Positions 1-13,300 of a DNA stretch of 64,000 nucleotides are shown here, piece after piece. The DNA comes from Takakia lepidozioides (lineage: Eukaryota; Plantae; Bryophyta): NCBI GenBank assembly GCA_030704615.1, contig CM060732.1, positions 7,068,001 to 7,132,000 on the forward strand, given 5' to 3'. A program made the position numbers and the translations under genes. Under the pieces are notes generated by a model that was given only the letters and a program-made list of their open reading frames with translations, was not told where the DNA came from and ran no database searches. The stretch's first letter is position 1; every line of letters begins with the position of its first letter.

Positions 1-1169
1 CCCGGTCCTCCCTTCCTACACTTACCTGGGCGTTGAGTTCTCCTCCAATTGTAATTGGGATGCACGTATCCGGAAAGTTGTTCAAACTGGCAAGGGCAAA
101 GCTCTGGGGCTCACTAAATTTTTCCACTGCAGAGGGGTCAACTCTGAGGTTAAGAAAACGATGCTTTGTCGTGTTATTAGACCTGCCTTGGAGTACGGAT
201 CTGCTATATGGGTTGATAACTCCAACCAGGCTAAGTCTCTAGAATCCATTCAAGTGGGGGTGCTTAAGGAGTGTATGTCAGCATGCTCCAAAACAGCCAA
301 TGTGGCTGTTCGGGGTGAGTTTGGCATTCCGTCCTTAAGCTCCCGACGAGATGAATTCAAGGTCAGATGGTGGGGTCAGCTGCAACATATGCCCAACACC
401 AGATATCCTAAATTAATCGACTCTATATCTTGGAAACAGGACCGCCCTGTCAAACAGGCTAAGTCCTGGCAGAAGAGAGTAGAAGAGATCCTCAAGGACC
501 TGGACCTGGATCCGCAAGTCTTGACCCTGCTGGATAAATCTGACTTAGAGGCTGTAGTGTCCTCAGCCATGTCTGTTGCCATGAGATTGTCTGATGAAAA
601 TGAAGTTAGGCAGAAAACTTCCCTGAACTTGTTTCCAGTCAGTGACATGGGGGAGGACATCTTGGATGACCTCAAGGTCTACCCACTCTCGGCACTAGAC
701 TGAAATTTAAACTCAGGGCAGGAAGCCTACCTTTGAACAGCAAACAGAAGCAGAGAGGAAAGGGAGAGTGCAATTGCCCGTTGTGTGGGCAATCTGAAGA
801 CAGTATTCATTTTCTGATACACTGTCCGGGGTTCTCTCACCAAAGAGACGCTCTCTTCAAATCTATCAAGGGAATTGTGCCTGTACCCCTGTTTACCAAC
901 TTTAAAAGTCTCGAGGCTGAGCCAAAAGCCCAGGCCCTCCTGAGGCCTAGTTTTTGGGCAAATCACACACAGCAGATTGATGCTTGTGTGAAGGGATTTC
1001 TAGAGGATATCTGGAAAACCCGGATTAATTCTATATATGAAGGTAAGTCTTACTACCAACGTCAGCCCCTGACAGAGGTAGGTTCTGTCCCTTTTGTTCG
1101 CGCTCAAACTGGGCACGGGGTCAATGGCCACAAGGCTACGGCAAACAACGTCTTATGAGTACAATCTAT
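1..1169 (+). mobile_element. LINE (non-LTR retrotransposon) copy A, 3' part of ORF2, running off the window start
   Basis: Near-identical to 4880-5790 and 19725-20878. Post-RT region with C-terminal zinc finger CPLC...EDSIHFLIHC (ORF 733-1158) and a frameshift near 680. The element ends 11 nt after the stop (TGA gtacaatctat) with no poly(A). Confidence 0.93.
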
Positions 1170-1942
1170 CAAACCAAGATTCTCCCTGTCCTCTAGGAAG
1201 CCTATTGCCATTGGGTGGACTTGATACGGGAGTACATTACTGTCTCTGTGACTAAATGCCGGCCTTGTGACCTTGTGTCTTTGTTTGTTTCGACCTGAAG
1301 CGCTTTGCTCCAGGTAAGGTAGTGCATTGGATTTAGTTGGAAAGCTTGGGGCCTTTCCCTCTTTCGAATATGCCTGCACGGGCCATTCCCTGCAACTCCC
1401 TGGAGTGTGATCTCTGAATGGTAACAAGCGGACCCCTACCGCTTGGGGGCAGCCCCTCCGCTCAAATTGGGCAGTCGTATGCTCTGTCTAGCATACTCGG
1501 CACTTGGGCTCGGTTTAGTCCTTGTGCTTAAACTTATGGCCTGCGAAAACAATCAAAACCTTATCTCCTATCAACATCAACACTCCCCAGGGTGATTCCT
1601 GGGAATTGGTTACTTATGCCAAATCTAGGGCTTCATGTGTAGGTTTTGGGGTGAATACGATGTGTCCTTTAAAACTACATGCTCTAGCTTAGGCTTGGAT
1701 TTCATGGCTAATGGTTCCATCTCGAGACTTGATAACAGGGGTACGTTGAAGGTTGCAATGCCCAAAAATGCTTCTAATAGAGTCTCAAATCAATTCAATC
1801 TCAAAGAAGTTTGTCCCTTGACTGGCTGGAGAGCGGTCTTAGACATTGGTGATTCAATGGGGCGCTCTAGGAAGACAACCAAGGGCAGGGACTTCAACTT
1901 GAGAGTTTCTAATCCGTTTGATGCTCTGGATGAGGTTGAATC

Positions 1943-2367
1943 CAAACAGCCAGACGGACAATCTGCCCCTAAGTGTACGGAACCTGAACGTCCTGTATCT
2001 GAAGGATTTGGTACTCTGAATGGTTTACCAATCCTCAAGGTTTACACAAGACGAGCAAAATTTATACACGGGGTAATTGTCCCCAAGCAGTCAGACGGAC
2101 AATCTGTCCCTAAGTGTGCAGAGCCTGAACGTCGTGTAACTGAAGGATTTGGTACTCTGAAAGGTTTAGCAATCCTCAAAGTCTACACAAGACGAGCAAA
2201 ATCTATACACGGGGTAATTGTCCCCAAGCAGTCAGACGGACAATCTGTCCCCCAAGTGTGCGAAGCCTGTACGTCGTGTAACTGAAGGATTTGGTACCCT
2301 GAATGGTTTACCAATCCTCAAAGTTTACACAAGACGAGCAAAATCTACACACGGGGTAACTGTCCCC
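1943..2367 (+). repeat. Three tandem copies of a 141-bp (47-codon) unit in the LINE ORF1/5' region
   Basis: cagacggacaatctg recurs at 1951, 2092 and 2233. The translation repeats KQ(P/S)DGQS...EGFGTL.GL.ILKVYTRRAK..HGV.VP. Confidence 0.95.
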
Positions 2368-2430
2368 ACTCTGCACAATGGTTGGCCGTCCAGGAGCAAT
2401 CATAAGCTACTTAGATGACAAACAATTCAT

Positions 2431-5400
2431 ATGCAAAGGGCTGGCTTGCGGCTGGGCACTTTCAATTTCTCAGGGCTGACTAACCAAAGGAAACAACTCG
2501 AAGTGGGACAAGTTCTTCAGGCCAATTACATTCATATTTGTGCTGGTCAAGAGACATGGGAAACACCGTATAAATTGGTTGGAGATGTCAATGGGTATAA
2601 GTGGATGGGTAAGATGTGTACTCTCAAGCCAGCCTCTGCCAAATGCGGCCAAAAAGGGGTTGGATTCTTTGTCCGCGATTTCTTGTTTGATAATTGTGAA
2701 ATTATCAACAAGGGTTTGAGGTATGAGCATAGTATCTGGCTAAAACTGAAACTGAAGGGCGTGAATACGAAGGACCTCTTTGTGGGTTGTGTATACATGC
2801 CCACAGAGGGGACCCTTAGTGTTGACGCAGACAAAGCCTTCGAAGATGTAAAACTGGACTGTGCTTCGTTCCTTGCCAAAGGTCAGGTGGTTCTATTGGG
2901 TGACTTCAATGCCCGGGTGGGCAAAGGTCTCCATCAGGATGATATCATTGGGCCTTTTGGTGAGGACGAGCTGAATTCTAATGGCAGACGGTTAATTAAC
3001 TGTCTGGAAGAGCTTCAGCTTTTGACCTTGAATAACAGGACAAGAGGTGACCAAGTGCAGTGGACTCGTGAGAAAACCCAAACTGGGGAACGTTCCATTG
3101 TGGACTATATCATAATGGACAAAAATTTGTTTCCCCAGTGTGCCAATGGGTTGAACGACAGAACTGATATTGGTACCTCTGACCACTTCCTGGTCTGGAC
3201 TGAGATCAAAAGGTGTTTTCCCAACACCAAGAGATCTGTGAAACGTTCAATTCGGAAGTGGCGCAAAGAAAAATTCCATACTGAAGAGGTCAAGGCTGAT
3301 TATGTCCAGGCCTTGCAAGAGGCTCTCCCTCATTTTGTCCACTCGCTCCAAGAACTTCAGTCTCGCTCTGACAACGCAAGAAATGAAGTCGAAAGAGCAG
3401 TGGACTCTTGGGAGAGTTTTGTCTCCTCTGTGGCTGACAAGATCATTGGGAGGAAACTAATTGTCTGCGGTTGAGCTGTTAATTGGTGGACCAATGAGAT
3501 TAAACTCCAGATAGCTGAGAGACGAACCCTCTATAAAGAGTGCTGCAATTTGAAAACCAACAGAGAATTGTGGGCGAGGTACTACCAGCTCCGTAAAGAT
3601 ATCAATCAGCTTGTAATGTCTCAGAAGAAATTACACTGGGACAAGTTATACAGTGAAATAAACTCAAACCACCATGGTGGTAATGACAAGAGATTCTGGT
3701 TGGCCCTTCAACGTTTGCACAAGCTGAAAAGCGGTCAGCAAGTACAAGCGCTGAAGACTACTAAAGGTGCAGTGGTGACTTCATCGGTTGACATTGTCAA
3801 AACCTTTGAAACTCACTACAGTATCCTTGGCAGAACTTCTAGGTCTAACAGTGAGGGGTCCTCTGATGAATGGAGGGACACAGTTGCAAAAACTGTTCCT
3901 ATGATTCAAAACAGCCCTGATGAACTGGAGTATATTTCAATGGCTTATAATGCTCCCATTAGTTCTTCTGAGATTGTGGAAGCAATTGAACATTTAAACG
4001 GATATAAAGCTGGTGGACCTGATGGCATAGTCAACGAGCTTATCAAGCACGGTGGCGATCCCATGATAGAGGCCCTAGTTCTCCTCTTTAACCTTATCTG
4101 GAAGACTGAAATGATCCCCTTTTGCTGGCGACAGGGCGTCATTGTCAATCAATACAAGAAGGGTGACAGGGAAGAACCGGGGAACTACCGTGGCATCACG
4201 CTCCTCAATGCTGTTGGCAAGACATTTTGCAGAGTTATAAGTACTCGTCTTGAGGTTGATCTGGAATCTAGAGGTTGTTTCCACGAAGGCCAAGCTGGCT
4301 TTCGGCGAAACAGGGGCTGTGTGGATCATACCTTCACTCTCAGCCAGATTATCCAGGGAAGGAAAAAAGAAGGGAAACCCACTTATGTTTTTTTCCTGGA
4401 TGTCAAAAAGGCTTATGACACAGTGTGGAGAGATGGCCTATGGCTCCGCCTCTGGTCTTGTGGGATCAAGGGAAAGATGTGGAGACTTGTCCACAACTTG
4501 AACGCTCACACCAAAAGCTGTGTCATTGTTAATGGACAGAAGTCCAACTTCTTTGACATAGACCAAAATGTAGCTCAAGGATGTACTCTCTCCCCTCTGC
4601 TCTTCAATGTTTTCATCAATCAACTCCTCGAGGATGTGGAAAGAGAGGGATTTGGGCTAAGGGTGGGTGATACCACCATACCAGCCGTTATGTTTGCGGA
4701 TGACTTCGCAGGCATAGGGGAGACTCCAACCCAATCTCCAGGAGTTGATTGATTGCGCGAAGAGATACTTTGATCTTTGGGGGCTAGAGGCTAACGTCAG
4801 CAAATGTGCAGTGGTAGCATTCAACGACAGAGGAGAGGGAGGAAGTGATCTTAAGTGGCAGTGGGGTAGCCAAGAGATCCCGGTCCTCCCTTCCTACACT
4901 TACCTGGGCGTTGAGTTTTCCTCCAATTGTAATTGGGATGCACATATCCGGAAAATTGTTCAAACTGGCAAGGGCAAAGCTCTGGGGAAAATTTTCCACT
5001 GCAGAAGGGTCAACTCTGAGGTTAAGAAAACCATACTTTGTCGCGTTATTAGACCTGCCTTGGAGTACGGATCTGCAATATGGGTTGATAACTCCAACCA
5101 GGCTAAGTCTCTAGAATCCATTCAAGTGGGGGTGCTTAAGGAGTGTATGTCAGCATGCTCCAAAACAGCCAATGTGGCTGTTCAGGGTGAGTTTGGCATT
5201 CCGTCCTTAAGCTACCGACGAGATGAATTCAAGGTCAGATGGTGGGGTCAGCTGCAACATATGTCCAACACCAGATATCCTAAATTAATCGACTCTATAT
5301 CTTGGAAACAGGACTGCCCTGTCAAACAGGCTAAGTCCTGGCAGAAGAGAGTAGAAGAGATTCTCAAGGACCTGGATCTGGATCCGCAAGTCTTGACCCT

Positions 5401-5800
5401 GCTGGATATATCTGACTTAGAGGCTGTAGTGTCCAAAGCCATGTCTGTTGCCATGAAATTGTCTGATGAAAATGAAGTTAGGCAGAAAACTTCCCTGAAC
5501 TTGTTTCCAGTCTGTGACATGGGGGAGGACATCTTGGATGACCTCAAGGGTCTACCCACTCTCGGCACTAGACTGAAATTTAAACTCGGGGCAGGAAGCC
5601 TACCTTTGAACAGCAAACAGAAGCAGAGAGGAAAGGGAGAATGCAGTTGCCCGTTGTGTGGGCAACCTGAAGACAGTAATCATTTTCTGATACACTGTCC
5701 GGGGTTCTCTCACCAAAGAGACGCTCTCTTCAAATCTATCAAGGGAATTGTGCCTGTACCCCTGTTTACCAACTTTGAAAGTCTCGAGGCTGTCTTATGA
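2431..5800 (+). pseudogene. LINE ORF2 (endonuclease / reverse transcriptase / zinc finger), disrupted
   Basis: ORFs 2431-3474, 3550-4752 and 4745-5800 join into one ORF2 across one stop and one frameshift. Confidence 0.93.
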
Positions 5801-6081
5801 GTACATTCTATCAAACCAACAATATCTGTTTGTGGTTCAAAAACTTGGAATACTGTCGTTGATTATCAACATTTGAGTCAAGGGTCTTCCTAACTTTCAG
5901 TGGATGTCATTTCAAGCATACAAACCTATTGCTGTAACTGCAAGACCACATTGACTTCAGCTATAAAACTGTCTACCCTTTACACTCACGCATCGTGAAG
6001 AATTTGTTTCCTCATTCCACTAAGTGTAGACTTACAACACCAGGTAAAAGCTGACCGGGATTTTTGTGTCCCCCTAACTAG

Positions 6082-9000
6082 GGTGTTTGTCTTGCGATGC
6101 GCGGGAATGCAAATGCTGCTGCCTCTAATTTTGCTAAGGTAGCATCTGAACCTACCCACTGCTTAGTTGAGCTCATGGTTGTGTTATGGTAACCTCATCT
6201 TAATGTAATGCATATAGGTTCCTAGACTCTACAAGCAGCGCAACTTTTCCCACTGAACAAACCTCTGGGGTTTTCTTACATGTGATAGGTTCAAGGACTG
6301 CTGAGAGGGACGATATCAGGACGTGTTTTGGCTGAAGAGCAGTATGCCTCAAGAAAAGTAAAGTATCATCCCCCGTAGTTTGATGGTCGACGCTTTTTAG
6401 TGTGTTCATGCAAGACCACGAGACAAAACTTTTCTTAAGAACTGTATATACACATCACCATGTAATTTCTTCAAATTGAGAACCTTGACCTCTGTGAACT
6501 TTTCTTTACTGGGTGGGGTTACAAGCTGTCGGTGTCTTAGTCGAGTGCTAGCATTTGGTACTATGCTACTATACTAGCCTTGGCAGGTTGCTCAAGTTTC
6601 TGTTAAGTATTATATGTGACTGCAAATTGGATGTGAATCATATTTGGTTACTAACTCTGAGTGTTGCACGATTTCTTATGGCCGATTCACGGTGCTCTGC
6701 ATAGGTGAAGGACCATGCCCTGGACACAGAGGAAGGTGTTAAGAGCTTGCAAGGCCAAATTTGTGGAATCGAGTTTCTCTATCTTTGGAACTCCTTTCCC
6801 CAGGTATTGTGGGTTAGAAAAGCGTATTTTGTGACATTTGTGGAGAGACGTGTCTGTCTAGGATGCCGACTGTCTTTAAGTGGGGACTATTAAACTATGC
6901 CAAAACTCTAAACTGAAGAGCTGTCTTTTAGAGGAACAATTGTATATTCCAACGATGAAGAATATTTTGTGTGGTTCTTTCTCTTCTCTCATCTCATTCC
7001 AATTTATGATGAATGTGTGGCAGATGCCACCTGATAAACTGGAGGGTGCTGTGCACATTATTGAAGCTGCAGAGGCAATGTTGACATCCCAGCCAAGCAA
7101 GAGCCCAAAAGAGGACCAGAGTGAGCAAAACAGCTCACCCTCCAAACTAAGGAGAGTGCCAGTGGCTGACTACCTGGAAGGGTTTATGGATGTGGTATGT
7201 GCCGACTGGACTTCTATTTATTGAGAGCTATGGAGTGTTCATACCAAGATAGTTCCCCAACCCAGACGTGTCATTCTCAGGGGGCTCTTGCTGACGGGTA
7301 GGCGAACAATTGGAGGCGCAAAGTATCCAGTGCAAGAGAGACTTGCTTTCCTTTGAACTAGATTCTGCAACAGACATTCTAGATATCCATTGGATTGGAT
7401 ACAGGTGAGGGTCATTCTCTGGATTGAGTATGCTTGTCCACATCTGCTCCAATTTAAAATGTTGATGTTGGGAATGTGGTTGGAAAAGAACAGGACAATG
7501 AAGAGGAAGAGGCAGAAGATGAGTATGCACTCTGCAATTTAATGAAAGGCACTGTCTTCCGTGAGCTTGGAAAGTTGGATGATGCAAGGGATTGCCTCCA
7601 ATCTGTGAGGTAGGTCATATGTGCATGCATTTTCTTGTTATTGACATCTATGGATTTACATTGTTGCAGAACAGAGTTCTTCCCATTAGAAAATCAAGTA
7701 CAGCTCAGCATTTCCAACATGGCAAATGAGCCTTGCTTGGACTGAACAAATCCTCACTCCATCCTTCCGTTCTCCTTTCCCTTGTGATTTGCTACACCAC
7801 ACTTGGCCTGATGATCTGGTAGCCCTCTGTGATGACTTCGGTGGTGGGATAATAGGGAGGTGACATGCTATGTGGAGACAGAGCTCTTTGTGCTTCCTAT
7901 GGCAGCATATGAGCGTGCCTTGTTACTCATTATTCAGCATGCAGACAGGGTGGCCTTTGATCCAGTCCAGACTGCCAATTTTGAGCTTTTGTTGGAGGTA
8001 TGGCTTTCCAGACTTGTTTGAGAAAGTTCATGCCAGCAGAGGCATCAACAATGGTAGATATTCCATTAACCTTCAGCAATTGCGGACAGTTACAATTGCT
8101 CTTTAGAGGTATCTCATGTTGGGCTTAGCCCGTTAGCCTTCCATAAGTAGAGAGGTATGCAGTATGAGGCTCTCACCCGAGCATCAAGTAGAGAGACATT
8201 GAGATGTACTCATAGACCATCCCCTGAGAGCGTTGGGCTATCATGTGGCCTTGTGGGCATAGTCGCTGCAGATGCTACACCTATCAAAGCCAGTTGCAGG
8301 GGTTTCATTCCAGCACAAAGTGTGTGAGTGTGTCTCTTCATCCTAGCATCCTTCTGTAAGTCTGCATGCCCTCCTGGAAGCTTGAGTAGGTCAGCCAGAG
8401 CCAGTTTTGGGGCTGACCCAAACACAGTTAAAAAGCCTGGTGTGCTTGTGTTTCAGGCAAAGAAGGAGCTTGCTATTGCAGAAGGCTTCAAGCAAGATTA
8501 CAACTTTCTATGGCGTCTGCTGGGGCGTGTACATGCTGCCCATGGAGCCATCCAATCTCTCGAGGTGACACCCCTTTGCAGTTAAAGAGTCAATTTTCTT
8601 CTTTTTCTGCTGGAGGTTCGGATCATGAAGTTGTCAAGTTTTTAGGTCTAGCGTTGAAATCCAGCAAACAGAAGTACATGCACACAGTTCCAGGATAACT
8701 TTAATTCAAGGACGCCGAAATTCAAGAGCAGATTTTTTTCATTTTTCCAGTCATGAAATCAAGCTATGATTTCTAGGTGGAGTTTTGTGACCATTAGTAG
8801 GTGTGAAGTGTCAACTGGGAAGTTGTGTCAGCACATAAGAGTCTACATTTGACACACCACTTGGTCAATATGCTTCTTTTTATACCTCACAACTCTTGAC
8901 TTGATAAGACGAATTTTTCTGATGTATGTGGTCTGTGCATATGTAAACCTTAGAAATGACATTGTGCCTTTTCTTGGTTTAAATATTTTCTCTGTGCCCC

Positions 9001-9176
9001 TCCAAGAAAAAATTATGTTTGGGTCTTTGCAGAAAAGCAAAGTTATCAAAAGTGAACCCAGAGGTGACACCAATGATGATGGAGTTGAGTGGAAAGATTC
9101 CGAAGAATCAGATCTTGCAGCTGACATGCTTGGCAATGGATCAACTATGAGAGACATGTCTTTTGACGCATTATGA
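6082..9176 (+). CDS. 3' exons of a TTC39/IML2-like TPR protein gene (5' exons probably upstream of the LINEs, outside the window)
   Basis: Exons read by eye with AG/GT borders and compatible phases: ~6082-6138 (GVCLAMRGNANAAASNFAK), 6705-6803 (GIEFLYLWNSFPQ), 7024-7194, 7494-7609 (DEYALCNLMKGTVFRELGKLDDARDCLQSV), 7856-7997 (FVLPMAAYERALL), 8457-8564 (AKKELAIAEGFKQDYNFLWRLLGRVHAA), and a probable last exon 9033-9176. The E..Y.WN.F, L.KG..+.LG....A..CF/L, P.A.YE and DY....RL..R+HAA pattern matches the TTC39 C-terminus. An exon between 6138 and 6705 may be missed. Confidence 0.7.
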
Positions 9177-10367
9177 TACCCATCACTGTAGAGTCCATGA
9201 AGGACATCTTCATGGAAATGCGAGTAATTCAGAGGGACATCGGGGCATTTCTTGGTACAGTTCTTGGAAGAAACTACTGTTTAAGGCTTCATGTATTGAA
9301 TATTGTGGATTGTTTGAATGATTAATTCACACACATGCCCTGCCCTAACAGGAAGTCTAGGTGAGGACAGTGTGGGCTTGGCTCTATTCATCAGCCCTGT
9401 CATAAAAACTCGTCACTAAATGGCCCAAGGGCGGATGGCCGGAGGTGTCAGTTGGCAGACCCACAAGAGCACGTGTCAGTTGGCAGACCCACAAGAGCAC
9501 CTCACGCGTCCATCTATCACCAAGTGCCCCCAACCAGTAATCAGAATTCTGTCAATCCAATTCAGATCTGCAATGAGATCATGACCAGTGAACCCATCCC
9601 ATGTCTAGTGCGTCTGTAGCTCCCACATTCCCTATATACAACAATCTGGTAGCCCTCCCTACAATGTAATGGGCTTTGCACCCAAATACCGTGGATTCTC
9701 GCAAGGATCAGATCCCACCTTGGAGAGACCTCTTTCAACCACGCGCTTTCTTCCGGTTATCAATGAGGCCTTCACCCTAACTCCATCTGCTGCAGTGCCT
9801 TCCAAAAACTAAATCACCACTACTAGCAACTTCATGTTTAATCCATTTGTGCATTGATGTGCTATCATGCCCTTGCATCTCACGGAAATCAACCCTCATT
9901 TGTGGATCTTCTCTAAGTCAAGACAACAACATCGTCATATGATTCTCATGTTTGCCACATAATAAAATGACAAGGACGCTTGACTAGGTGAGAGGTGCTG
10001 AAGCTTATCCATGAGGAATATGAGCACTGCAGATCATTTCCGATCTCCAAGTTGCTTTTCACCATTTGATCAATGAATATCTGGCTAAATCCTCATGTCA
10101 AGGCCTAATCGAAACTGATAGCTTGCCAGATCAATAAAACGTTCAATATGATGTAGGGTACTGAACTGTACTCGATGGCCAAGGACAGACATCCTGATGG
10201 TCCAATTTCATATAGAGAACGTTCAACACAAATAGGCAAAGGAGATGGTGGCCTTCGGCACCACCTCCCTTCAAGAGAGGATATCAGGGTGTGGGCGAAG
10301 CAAACGTCAACATCACCAGCTCTCAGAAGAAACTGCAAGACCATATCTGCAGTCATCGAAGGCCACT

Positions 10368-13300
10368 CTACCTTCTACAGTAGATACCATCTTCCATTCC
10401 CCAAGCTGAACCATCATGTTCAACATCTTGTGATGAGTTGCTGTGTAGTAGCTCCAGCACCGCATTTACCACCCCTTTGCCTTCACTGTGAATAGTAAGC
10501 CGCGGTTCTTTAATCTTCCGATCAAGTAATAAATCCAGTTGGTTGCGCAATTCCTGTTCCTCTCATATCCACAAAATCAACCAGAGCCACAGACCATTGG
10601 AATAAAGAAACAAAAGATATCTCCCTTTCGCAAAAGGTAGACTTCAAAAACATGACTCTACAGGACAACCACCTTCTGGACAAAATAGCAATTGGGATAC
10701 TATGCTTCAAAAGCCATGGCATCTGCCAGGATTGCGTGAGCTCAGAATTATGGACACCTTAAGGATTAAGATCTATCTCTCTGTTGATATATCAGAACCG
10801 GAAAGCACCAGTAACCAAGGGAAACTTGGGTGGCAACATACCTGCACCAATTGGATTGTTTTTTTGGATGCTGAAAACTGCAAGTAACCACCCAGCATAT
10901 CTACACCTTGTCCACTCTTATTGGGGGTTAGACTCCCCCCAAACATAAGCAGAGCATAGTCAGACAGATTTGTTGAATCCCGCACGTAAATATCAGTGGT
11001 TTTCACCTTCTCACTGTACACCAGCCATGGCTGTGGGAAGGAGTTCACACGAGCATTCACTGACGATGGATGAGGTTCCACTTTTCCGTCCTCCTTGGTG
11101 AAAAAAGCGGTTCGTTTACCACGGGGTTTGCACTGGACAACACTCGGGAAGAGGCCAGCACATAAGACTGCCCTCACCATCTCCAGGTCTTGACTGTACT
11201 GATTAAAGCTCTGCATGCCAATACATTAAACCCTCCAAGTTAAGGTCCATGAACAAGGCTACATCACAGTTTTTTTCAGGAAATCTTGTTCTCTCATCTC
11301 TTCCTTGGTGATACAAAGGAGGGAACAATTCTCTTTTCATTATGGAACTACATGTCAGGAAAACTTGGTCACAGCAAAGCTCCATTTCTCTCGAGAGGCA
11401 TTCTTGGTTCTCCGAGATGATAGAATCTTGCGGCCCAATTACCTTTCGGCGCCTTTATCTCCTTCCCTCCTGAGGGCATTGGGGCGGTTCAGGGTGGGCT
11501 CCCACAATCTACAGATAGAGACTGGTAGATAGGAAAACCTGCAACAGGAGGACTGCCTATGCCCAGCTTGCACCGGGCGCAACCAGGAAATTGAAACTGA
11601 AGAACACTTCCTTCTTTTATTGCCCTCTATATTACGAGATCCGTGGGAGATTCCACTGTCTATTCTGCGGAACTCAATCTCTCACTGAAGTCTTCCACTA
11701 TGAGGATCAGAAATGCTTGGCAGCTTACCTGCACGAGGCCTTGACCCTTAGACAATCCCTCGAGCAGTAGTTTTTTTTTGGCTCTGGTTTTGTTTCCTCT
11801 CTCATGTTTTTTTTTCCATTTTGTCCCATAAGCTCTTTGAGCTTTCCGCGGACGTTACAAAGTACCATTGCATTTCATTTCATTTCTCTGTCTCTCTTCA
11901 GTCCTTTCATAAAACTACGTTGAAAGCTATGCCTGAAAGGTACACCTGATGTCCTTCATCAGCAGTAGAAGGTAACCATGGCAAGGTCCACAACAGCTCA
12001 CCTGAGGACTCAGAGACTTGTCAACAAATCCAATATGCGACAATAGATCTAGGAACTGCTGGCGCATGTCACCCATCATCTGTAATGTTGAGGCAGACAG
12101 ATAATTGTCCCAGCAATAGCTGCGTTCCCGGCCATCCCGTTTTGCAGCTTGCCAGCCGTCGTACGCTCTCAATAGTGCAATGTGATCACTGTACCCTCCG
12201 CCCCACGCCCGATAAAGCACTATTAAAGACACTGCTAGCTAACTTTGCCTGTTCCCTCCCCTCTCCTCCACCTTCTCTCTCTATATCTTTGTGTGTGCAG
12301 GTCTACACCTGTCATATTCCGTCCTGTCCCTCCAGACTATTATCAAGCAATTGGCAGCTAATCAGCAGCTGGCCTCAAACTTGGCTCCACATACAAGGAG
12401 ATTAAATCAGTCAAATCTCCACTAGGAATATAGATTGTCGAAGTCAATAATCACCTTCGCGAGTCACCAGCAAAGCGCCTTCGGGCTTCGTCAGCCTCCT
12501 GTTTATGCTCAAGTGGAAGGACAAATGGGTCACGGTGGGCAAGGGCTACTGCTATGGTTAGGGCAGGCCCCAGACACTGAAATACTGCCCCCATTAGCAG
12601 CATCTTGCCAACCTTTGGATCAACCGGAAGAGTTGCGAGGTGGCACCCTGTCACATGCACAACCACCTTCATATCATTGTGGTCATCTCAAGTCACTAGA
12701 CAAACAGATAAATTACTTCAAAAAATCAGAATGACAACATGGTACAACTCAACATGTTAATCTGCAATGATAAAAACCTGACCATCCAATCAAAGTCTTA
12801 AAAATTCGAACTTCAGATAGGATAGAGAAAAAGAACTTGAGTACGTTGCTAAGATTCAAAAGAATGTACCCAGTGGTGTCAGCTCCTCTGAGTAATTCAA
12901 GGCCCCAATGGTCTTAAGCAAATCAATTGCATTTTGCACCGCAAGGGCCTCAGGTGGTTCAAGTGCCTTTGAAAGAAAGTTGGCAATGCCGCCTAGCTGT
13001 AAGCTCTTGATTTGCAAACAGAGCTCCTGTAAGGGTGTGCGCAAAATTTCTGGGAGCTGGTAAAGTAGCATGAAATCATAGATCAGCTTGGGGTATAAAT
13101 GATAGCATACACCTGCCTGGACTCGTCCAGCACGCCCTCGCCTCTGCACCATGATGGTGACCCAACAATCAGCTGTGAAGTCTAAAGCCTACTCATCGAC
13201 TGTTCTCTGTCAAATCTAGCTGTGATGGACCCTTAAGGACATGGTCCCTGGAGCATACCAACCCCAAGAAACACAGTGATTTGATCAACAGCATATTTTG

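Larger units (their letters stand above)
1178..5811 (+). mobile_element. LINE copy B, near full length (5' region, short ORF1-like region, APE-RT ORF2), inactivated
   Basis: APE endonuclease motifs GTFN, QETW, LGDFNARVG, VDYII, SDH (2431-3474). RT motifs [44 protein letters not shown] (3550-4752). C-terminal CPLC..HFLIHC zinc finger. Disrupted by an in-frame TGA at 3472-3474 and a frameshift near 4730. Confidence 0.95.

Noticed and set aside
7281-7403. Additional exon of the TTC39-like gene
   Set aside because: It has AG/GT borders but no phase-compatible open frame, and the flanking exons join in phase without it.
9445-9501. 28-bp direct duplication (a similar 36-bp one lies at ~18413-18485)
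   Set aside because: Ordinary local slippage duplications with no further structure.
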